Shown here piece by piece: positions 55,211 through 64,000 of a stretch of DNA of 64,000 bases. Location: the NCBI GenBank assembly GCA_951406725.2, contig OX597824.1:6572001-6636000 (forward strand), given 5' to 3'. Positions within the stretch are counted from its first letter, which is position 1. The number at the start of each line of letters is the position of its first letter. The position numbers and the translations under genes were made by a program. The DNA is from Octopus vulgaris (taxonomy: Eukaryota). The notes below the pieces were generated by a model. That model searched no databases, was not told where the DNA came from, and worked only from the letters and a program-made list of their open reading frames with translations.

Positions 55211-55984
55211 AAGAGAGAAAGAGAAATATAGAACTCAGAAATGTGAGGAACAGCTTCACTTAAAACATCATTAAGCTTGAGCATAAAATTCTCTCTCTCC
55301 CTCTCTCTCCCTCTCTCTCTCTCTTTCTCTCTCTCTCTCCCTTACTCTTCAAAACGTTTTCATTATGTCTACTAACAGCAAGAGAGTTCAGCTTGTCAAG
55401 TACAAAATCTACTCGATTTGCATTATTAACAACGCTTTTCAAATGGATAACTGACATTTAAGTGCCGAACGTTTTGCAATATCCATGTTATTTTGATGGT
55501 CATCTTTATTACTTCGACAACTTCAGACTGAATTTTCTCTGCAAAGTAATATGGCTAACAATGCCATTTATTATTTAAAATAACCGCTTGTAAGTTACAT
55601 ACAATCTAGACTTAAATTTCCTGATATTTTGTTTACTTCCGTCCAATTTCACTTAGTTATAAGCCTTCCATTGTCCACTAACAGGGGTTTACTAAATGAT
55701 GGTTCACTTAACTCATTAAATTAGCCGAAACGATGGAGGGTATTCTTTTATTCTCTTGCTCTTTTACTTGTTTCAGTCATTTGACTGCGGCCATTCTGGA
55801 GCACCGCCTTTAGTCGAATCAAATCGACCCCCAGGACTTATTCTTTGTAAGCCTAGTACTTATTCTATTGGTCTCCTTTTGCCGAACCGCTAAGTTACAG
55901 AGATGTAAACACACCAGCATCAGTTGTCAAGCGATGTTGGAGGGGGACAAACACAGATACACACACATACATATATATGATAGA

Positions 55985-56160
55985 TAGTTAGCCACTACAC
56001 ACATTTTTTTTCTCTCCTTGTTTTTTTCTGTGTTCCCTTCTGTGGAAGAGCGAAGGCTCGAAACGTAAAAGACTTTTTGTATTCCTGAGCCTTATACTAA
56101 TACATCTGTTTGTTTTGTACACCACCTGTCTTCGTCTTTTGTTTTTTTCGTAAACTCTCC

Positions 56161-56163
<3 letters not shown>
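55985..56163 (+). mobile_element. Short Penelope-like element (family H3) with decayed hammerhead at 56036-56070
   Basis: CCUU CUGUGGA A GAGC-GAAG-GCUC GAAAC GUA AAAG; ends at (TA)n. Confidence 0.6.
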
Positions 56164-56205
<42 letters not shown>

Positions 56206-56206
<1 letters not shown>

Positions 56207-56687
56207 TAGCAGTATCACCCGGCGTTGCTCGGGTTTGTAAGGGAAATAACTATATAAGCATTTTTAGTTATTTCCCTTATAGATGCCAATTCGGGCTTTC
56301 TTAGCCATTTCTGTTTTGGTGTCTTCAAGCCATGAAGTCGTTGTTCTAAAAGAACGCTGGTCTCCTTGACAACGCTTTACGACGTTGATTTCCTTACACT
56401 CCCTTCCCCACAGCTTCACGAGGGAGGGAAGAAGGGGGAGAAGCAAACAGGTGCAGGTGTGACCATGGACGCCAACTCCGCCGCCATCGACACACGAAAA
56501 ATTATGCATTAAAATGGAATAAAAAATGATGTTAAATTATTTTTAAAATCATAGACTCATCGTAGACGCGCGCTAATACCCAGACGGGCTCGATATGAAT
56601 CACGACTATAAGATGCCCGAATTTGGTTAAACTGCACCGCAAAATGTGGGAGTAGTTAGGAATCTAAATCGAACACACAACTACAGT

Positions 56688-56690
<3 letters not shown>
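56206..56690 (-). mobile_element. Non-autonomous Helitron
   Basis: Minus strand A|TC...cccgagcaacgccggg-tgatactg-CTAG|T: canonical termini in an AT site with no TSD. Confidence 0.85.
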
Positions 56691-56735
<45 letters not shown>

Positions 56736-57199
56736 GACGGGCTTCTTCCAGTTTACATCTACCAAATCCACTCACAAGGCTTTGGTCGGCCTGAGGCTAT
56801 AGAAGAAGACACTTGCCCAAGGTGCCACGCAGTGGGACTGAACCCAGAATCATGTGGTTAGTAAGTAAGCTACTTACCACACAGCCACTCCTGTGCCTAT
56901 ATGATAATCCCGGATCAATCAATACCTTCTTAATGAATTTATATGTGTGCGTGTGTTCGCATGTACATTTTTGCCTATGTTTTTGTGTTAGTGTTTAGCT
57001 CTTATTACATGCCAATCGTTGTTGGTTTGTTTACATCGCTGAAACTTAGCAGTTTACTCAAAAATATGGTGGGGATTGATAGTATGAATATTGAATAGGA
57101 TTCCAGTTCACTGACTAATCTCTTGAAGGCGTGCCCTACCATGGCCGCAGTCCAATGACGAAAACAAACACAAGGATGGAAGAAAAAGCATATAATTTA

Positions 57200-57372
57200 C
57201 TAAGCGGTTAAGTACATCGACCCCAGTGCGTAACTGGTACTTAATTTATCGACCCCGAAAGGATGAAAGGCAAAGTCGACCTCAGCGGAATTTGAACTCA
57301 CAACGTAACGGCAGACGAAATACCGCTAAGTATTTCGCCCGGCGTGCTAACGATTCTGCCAGCTTGCCGCCC
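57200..57372 (-). mobile_element. SINE family B, head and core
   Basis: Matches the other family B copies. Confidence 0.9.
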
Positions 57373-58103
57373 TTGTCTTAACGCTTAATATTGAATGTGA
57401 TTTACCAAGTATGACTTGGATAGAAAATGGTATTATTTTACTCATGTGAAAATAATTCTAAATATTAATATAAAAATTGCAGCAGACATTCAAATATGTG
57501 AGGTGATAAATTTATTTAGCACTTTAGCTTTTTCGTTTTTTATAACCAGATTCTTGGTTTGAATTCGGCTTTTGAAACAGATATTCTTGTACTTTTGATG
57601 TTGTTATCAATATTACTGTACTTTTGGACAGTCGTGATGCTAATAAAGCGCACGAGCTTGTAGTAATTTATTTCCGTTTTATTATCAATTAATTAGATGA
57701 TTGGCTAATAAATAAACTAATTCATCAAAGTTGTTTCGTTACAGCCTGTGACCTTATCGATGGTGAAGTCTAACCCGAGCTACAAACAAACACTAAGATA
57801 GACATTAGCACGGAAGAAGTGCATGAGGGCCACGTCGTAACTGATGTGATCACACACTATGACGAAGGAACTTTAGCAAACTAATTAATCGATCAATCGA
57901 TTTATTAACTAATTAACTATTTCATTGATAATAAAGCTCAAGGAAAATGCAATCAGTCAGTGCATGTCTAATTTTTTTTTAATAAATCCAAACAACACGA
58001 CTAATGAACACAAATAATGAACTCGAGTCGGGGGAAGTCTTTACATGGTAGTTTGACCAGCTAGAAATAACAGCTAAATCTCTCTCAAATTTCACATGAG
58101 CAA

Positions 58104-58135
<32 letters not shown>

Positions 58136-58142
58136 GTAGCAG

Positions 58143-58345
58143 CAGCCGTCCAAGAACTTGGACCTGGAGATCTCCATTTCCAGCGACTTCGAGGGCCACC
58201 TCCCAGTGGCGTCGGGCGTCAACGAAGAACCCTCGATTACAACAATACGACCAAAGTTTTTTTTTCCAAGGTCTGGGGTCTCCGGCCCCTAAGCTCTAGA
58301 CCATCATCTAATCACCCTTACCCGTCTTGTTGCTTAACAACAATA
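58143..58345 (+). mobile_element. Internally deleted relative of the 9395-9950 LINE
   Basis: Shares a ~105-bp segment and the 3' terminus aatcacccttacccgtcttgttgcttaacaacaa; embedded in (AGC)n. Confidence 0.75.
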
Positions 58346-58346
58346 A

Positions 58347-58385
<39 letters not shown>

Positions 58386-58539
58386 TAGTAGTAGCATCGC
58401 TGAGTCTACTATTTGTTGGTGACTCCCTAGAATTTCTGACGGATGACACCTTTACACTACTCAGGCGGCAAGCTTCCAACCCATGAGAAGAGGGTCGCTG
58501 TCAAGGTAAGCGATTTTTTTTCTAAGCTGGATAGAATTG

Positions 58540-58748
58540 GGATCTTTTCGGTTTGAACGGCAGTTTTAAACATAATTCCTAGGTAACTAAACACTTTTAA
58601 ACTTCGTATACTGGTAAAATGTGTTTATAAAACATCTTTTTCTCTAGGCTTTATTGAAAAAATTCTATAGTTTGTAAGATATTTGTTGTGGTTTTTTCTT
58701 CAATTTCTGCAATGTCAACCAATCACTGACGTCTATTGAGGTAAAAAA
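58540..58748. mobile_element. Half copy of the 53185-53595 MITE
   Basis: Reverse complement of about 53390-53595. Confidence 0.85.
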
Positions 58749-58894
58749 ATGTTTCTTCAAGAGAGCATATCACGTTGCCCGGTCTGGAAATCGAACACAC
58801 GATCTGGCGATCGCAAGTTCTAATCTTAACCACTAGGCCATGCGCCTTCCCATGAAACGTCTTGAAATCTAAAAGGACACATTAGATTATATTT

Positions 58895-59124
58895 ATTTCT
58901 TTACTACCCACAAGGGGCTAAACACAGTAGGGACAAACAAGGACAGACAAACAGATTATGTCGATTATATCGACCCCAGTGCATAACTGGTACTTATTTA
59001 ATCGATCCCGAAAGGATGAAAGGCAAAGTCGACCTCGGCGGAATTTGAACTCAGAACATAGCGGCAGACGAAATACCACTAAGCATTTCGCCCGGCATGC
59101 TAACGTTTCTGCCAGCTCGCCGCC
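58895..59124 (-). mobile_element. SINE family B, tail 1
   Basis: Matches the other family B copies. Confidence 0.9.
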
Positions 59125-59329
59125 TATTGAACCAATCAAAATATCATTACATGCAAGTTGGGAGTGATGTGCTAGAATTAACAGCTAAATCCCCTTCATA
59201 TCACATGCTACCATATTAAAAAGTGAATGATGCATCCGGTAACGTATTCCTAAATATATTATGCATTAGGAGAAAAGATTGAAAAATTTTTTACTTAGTT
59301 ACAAGCAAAAAACCTTATTTTACCATCAA

Positions 59330-60529
59330 ATTGAGAGCTGTAAAGGAGCCGGGATCGAATAGGGCCGGAGTACCATTGTGGCCTGAATTTTGTTTCTGCC
59401 TGGAACTATATATTTTTATTTACTCTTTGTGAACTGTTGTTTTTCCCTTTTATTTCTTTTAATATTATTTTCCTTTCTTCCGCCTTTATTGAAGACGTGT
59501 AGCTGTTTAGGTCAGGGTGAGCGATTTTGTTTCTTCTGAGGTTGGTAGAATTATTGTCTTATTTTTATTACTGTATATTCTGCCCTGCTCTGGGGCATTT
59601 TCGCTTACTCTTGGCGGTGAATTTGTTGCTTGTTTCTCTACGAACAGACCATTCGTAGAGGTCTGGGCGGTAGCGGAACCAAGCTCCTCAGTGTCAGGGT
59701 GGAGGCCGCGACCGATTGGATAGGGCCAAAAGCAGTTCTGACCCTTTGGACCCAGTCGGCCGGAGACCTAGTATTCCCTGATTTTTTGTAATGGCCGGGG
59801 CCAGGTATCCGGTGATTCTGAAGGGTCCCCCCCCCCAAGTGTCACCTGTGCCTGAACCAGACCACATCAAAAAGAACTGCCCCCCAGGGCCAAGGTAAGG
59901 CCCTGGAGCAGAAGAAAAAAGAAAAGGTGCCGCCGACAGACCCCAATGTTCTGCCGGTGGGATGTGTGCCACCGGCAGAAAAGACTCCGTCAGTGTAAAA
60001 TTGTGCCACTGACAGAGCAGGCTGAGACTCCTCCCCATGAGGAAGAGGTGGAACCCGTCATTTTCTGTCACAAGGGAGGGCCTGTCGAGGGATTCTTGAA
60101 CAGGCTTCTCGACCGACAACGTTACGACTCGGTCTGCATTGACTGTCCAAGTTGGACTCCGCAGGTGGCTGCGGAGGTCATAACACAAGAAGAACTTTTT
60201 GAGGTTATGGTGACCACTGGAAAAGAAGAATTTGCTTTTCTCTTTCCGGGCTTCGACCAGCCGATGCAGGCTTTCCTGCAGGTGGCAGGGACCTTATGCA
60301 GGGGCTCGGATGAGAAAAAGGAAGATAAAGAAAAATTTTGTAATTTTTGTGATTTTTTGGGGAGTAAAATTGAATAAAAAAACAGTGATTCCGAGGAGTT
60401 ATCGGTCGGTGGGCGCCGGTGCCCCTCCCATTTTTGTTCATCATTATCATCCACATCTCATTAATGTCTTTGTCCAGCCCGCAGCTACTTATCTGTGTAC
60501 TGCTTTCATGGCCAATTTGATGAATAAAA
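59330..60529 (+). mobile_element. L1/Tx1-type ORF1-only element (HAL1-like), frameshifted
   Basis: With frameshifts: DWIG...FPDF/VMAGARYPVILKGPPP/KCHLC/EPDHIKKNCP (CX2CX4HX4C at 59840-59880); then ORF 59946-60377, short 3' UTR and AATAAA at 60523-60528; no EN/RT motifs. Confidence 0.6.
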
Positions 60530-60895
60530 GTTGCTTGCCTACTAACCACATTGTTCTGGGTACAGTCCCATTGCGTGGCACCTTGGGAAAGTGTCTTCTA
60601 CTACAGCCTCGGGCCAACCAAAGCCTTGTGAATGGATTTGGTAGACGGAAACTGAAAGAAGCCCTTCGTGTGTGTGTGTGAGTGTGCGTGTATCTTTGTG
60701 TGTCTGTGCTTGTACCCCCTCCCCAACATCGCTTGACAACCGATGCTGGTTTGTTTGCATTCCCGTAACTTAGCGGTTCGGCAAAAACAAACCGATAGGA
60801 TAAGTACTAGGCTGACAAAGAATAAGTCGATTTGCTCGTCTAAAAGCGGTGCTCGAGCATGGCCGCAGTCAAAATGACTGAAACAAATAAAAGAA
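60530..60895 (+). mobile_element. SINE family A
   Basis: Matches the reference copy; first ~25 nt absent. Confidence 0.9.
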
Positions 60896-61147
60896 TACAC
60901 GTTAAAACACGGTCGTCTAATATTAACTTCTTTCTATTCGCAGTCACACAATTCTTAGACATTTCTAAAATTAACACATCGATAATCTCCCAAGAGAAAT
61001 ATGTTACACACTTAGTCTTTTCTAGAGCCCGTTCCATACTTCACTGAGGATGTAAATCATTTGTAAATCATTTGCATTAATTTTCCACATGAGATATGTC
61101 TGGAAACTTACAGCAATTAATTTCCAGGATATTTACCATTCGTCGTG

Positions 61148-61744
61148 CACTCCGTCGGTTACGACGACGAGGGTTCCAGTTGAACCGATCAACGGAACAG
61201 CCTGCTGATGAAATTAACGTGCAAGTGGCTGAGCACTCCGCAGACACGTGTACCCTTAACGTAGTTCTTGGGGGGGAGATTCAGCGTGACACAGAGTGTG
61301 ACAAGGCTGGCCCCTTTGAAATACAGGTACAACAGAAACAGGAAGAAAGAGAGAGAGAGAGTTGAAGTGAAAGAGAGTACATCAGGGTTCGCCACCACCC
61401 CGCTGTCGGAGCCTCGTAATGCTTTTAGGTGTTTTCGCACAACGCCCGGTCTGGGAATCGAAACCTATTTCTGTACTACCCACAAGGGGCTAAACACAGA
61501 GGGGACAAACAAGGACAGACAAACGGATTAAGTCGATTATATCGACCCCAGTGCGTAACTGGTACTTAATTTATCGACCCCGAAAGGATGAAAGGCAAAG
61601 TCGACCTCGGCAGAATTTGAACTCAGAACGTAGCGGAAGACGAAATACCGCTCAGCATTTCGCCCGGTTTGCTAACGTCTCTGCCAGGTCTGGGAATCGA
61701 AACCGTGAGTCCGCTGCCCTAACCACTGTGCCATTACGCCTCCA
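61148..61744 (-). mobile_element. SINE family C (alternative tail) with nested family B copy
   Basis: Head matches 49872 onward; B insertion 61466-61686 flanked by 18-bp TSD ggtctgggaatcgaaacc (61448-61465, 61687-61704). Confidence 0.92.
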
Positions 61745-61989
61745 CTTATTTCCCATTATAAACATATTCTACTTATATTTTGAGGTCTGTGTTAAAATAC
61801 ATTTTCTAAATGCTTACTTTAGCTACCGCTAAATTTAAATGTTCTTTTTGCTGATGTCTATTTAATTACTTTCGCTGTTTCACTATGGTTTCCAGTCAAG
61901 CGTATTATAACGGCAGTCAATTCGAAAAATGATGTCTATTATTTCATTAGTCGTGGGTTTTCAGTTTTAATTATATTGACCTTATCATA

Positions 61990-62423
61990 GGCCGAGGAGT
62001 GGCTGTGTGGTAAGTAGCTTGCTTACCAACCACATGGTTTCAGTTCCACTGCGTAGCACCTTGGGAAAGTGTCTTCTACTATAGCCCCGGGCCGACCAAA
62101 ACTTTGTGAGTGGATTTGATAAACAGAAACTGAAAGAAGCCCGTCGTATATATATGCATATATATATATATATATACACACATGTATATGTATTTATGTA
62201 TGTATGTATGTATGTATATTATTGTGTGTCAGTGTTTCTCCCCACCCCCACCATTGCTTGACAACCGATGTTGGTGTGTTTACGTCCCCGTAACTTAGCA
62301 AAAGAGACCGATAGAATAAGTGCTAGGCAAACAAAGAATAAGTCCTGGGTGCTCCAGAACTAAAAGGCGGTGCTCCAGCATGGCCGCAGACAAAATGACT
62401 GAAACAAATAAAGGAGTAAAAGA
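61990..62423 (+). mobile_element. Full SINE family A
   Basis: Matches the reference copy. Confidence 0.92.
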
Positions 62424-64000
62424 GTGATCAACTCCGTCGATGTCACTGGTCTGGAAGAACCCACGAAGATCTACATCCCTTTCTTCCAGACCAATAACGA
62501 ACAATTGTCTTTCATGAATTTTCTGCTCTGATTGAGGTTGGCACATTTCTTCAGCCACTTCTCAGGTCAATATCCTTTCAAAAATTGTGTAGCACCTTCT
62601 TGAGTGTTTCAACTGTACGTTGTGCCCACTATAAAGATGATGGTTATCTATATACCCGACACGATTGATGATAACTCCGTTGTAGCACTCTGTCTCGTGT
62701 AGCATTTTAAGCAAGATGCAAGTATGCATGTGTAGTTAAGAAACACAATACGCAATCTCGATCCAGCTTCGGTTCCACCGCACGCCATCTTGGCTGACTT
62801 TATTTAGAGACATAGGTTCAAGCAGATTGTTATTTCTAGCAGGTCATCATCTCGTGACAGCTCTGTCGACGTCGGGAGCCGTATGAACTTTACGCAACAC
62901 CATTTCTGTTTTCAAAAAGAAATATGTTAATAGTCTTTTTTTCTTGGTGATTTATAATTCTTACATAGAATGACTGACACACTTTGCAAACAGACACGCT
63001 TTTGACCTCGAGTTCCTAAAAGTTGGGTATCTCTCCTGATTCAGGACTCAGTATCGATTTTCCTTCAGTTGCCTATAAAACGCTACATATTACGATTTTA
63101 TAGCGTTTTTCTCTCAGCAACCTAACATGCCATATTTCTCGTTTAGAATTAATTTGTCAATATTTTAACAAGAAGTGTGAAACGCTTTCTATTCCGCTCA
63201 TATTTTCATTGCAGCAACTTAGTTACTTCCTGGATTTATACGTAGAATTTTCTCCTGATTTTATCCAATTCTTAGTTATTAATAATACAGTTTTATTCTA
63301 TCGTGTTTCGTTTTTTTTTATTTTACATGTCACGCATAGAAGCTTTATCGTCGCTGTTTAATACCAACCAATTCGGCCCTAATGGAGCAAATATAGGATC
63401 AAAAGCTTTTAAGCTGTTATAGCTTTTCCGCCCTCCCTCCTACCAGCATGTCGTAGTTGTTGCTCATAATTAATTTGTTAATATTTGAGTCAGATGTTTG
63501 GAATTTTATATATTCCAGCCGAAAATGCATGGCAACAGCCTGGTTACTTCTTGGATTAAGGCGGTAAAATCTCTTAAGAGCGTCGTGTAAAATGCCATGT
63601 GATATTCGTTTTGGCACTCTGGGATTTCAGTTCAAATCCAGCCGAGTCGAGGTCAACCTCTTTCATTCTTCCAGATTCGATAAATAAAGTACCAGCCTAA
63701 TACTAAGACCATTCTCTCTCTCTCCCTCTCTCTGTGTTCCTTTGGTTTTTTTCTCTCTGAATTTTACATACAATTCTAAAGTCCAGCACTTTGTGTCATA
63801 CCAATTCAGCGTAAGACTTATGTGAAAGATACACAGGTGTCTGAAGAACAACCAGACACGTATACAGTAATATCCCATGTACGATTTCGGTTCGTCAAAC
63901 AAATGAACGCTCGACGACGAAATTTTAAAATTAGCTATCACTGCCCCATGAGAAAGGAAAACGACAAGGATTTCGATGGTTTTTCTCCCTTTTATTATGA

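Larger units (their letters stand above)
55757..56897 (-). mobile_element. SINE family A split by two nested insertions
   Basis: 3' half 55757-55975 and 5' half 56730-56897. Confidence 0.9.

Noticed and set aside
62425-62710. Possible gypsy integrase remnant (AQRTVETLKKVL on the minus strand)
   Set aside because: A single short motif without supporting neighbours or LTRs.

Overview
AT-rich, repeat-saturated eukaryotic non-coding DNA. The tRNA-derived SINE families and (TA)n/(CATA)n/(GATA)n microsatellite load point to an octopus (Octopus-like cephalopod) genome, intergenic or deep intronic. No intact host protein-coding gene could be supported; most listed ORFs are microsatellite or SINE read-throughs. 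Contents: three SINE families (here A, B, C) in over 30 copies; decayed Tc1/mariner (DD34D, DD37D, DD41D-like, Tc1), pogo and hAT transposase remnants; RTE, I-group, RLE (Hero/NeSL-like) and L1/Tx1-like LINE remnants; two non-autonomous Helitrons; a Merlin-like MITE; a tRNA-Glu(TTC) pseudogene; and a 94-bp minisatellite. The most interesting signal is a set of short non-coding elements from several families that carry type I hammerhead-ribozyme cores (CUGANGA...GAAAC...GUH). Several show Penelope-type tandem or inverted architecture and sit in (TA)n tracts; about 10 intact, partial or decayed hammerhead motifs occur in 64 kb. Other notable items are an ORF1-only (HAL1-like) L1/Tx1 derivative, a chimeric mariner with mismatched ends, and a candidate LINE donor of the SINE-B 3' tail. 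All calls are by eye; boundaries are approximate unless a TSD or TIR is quoted.
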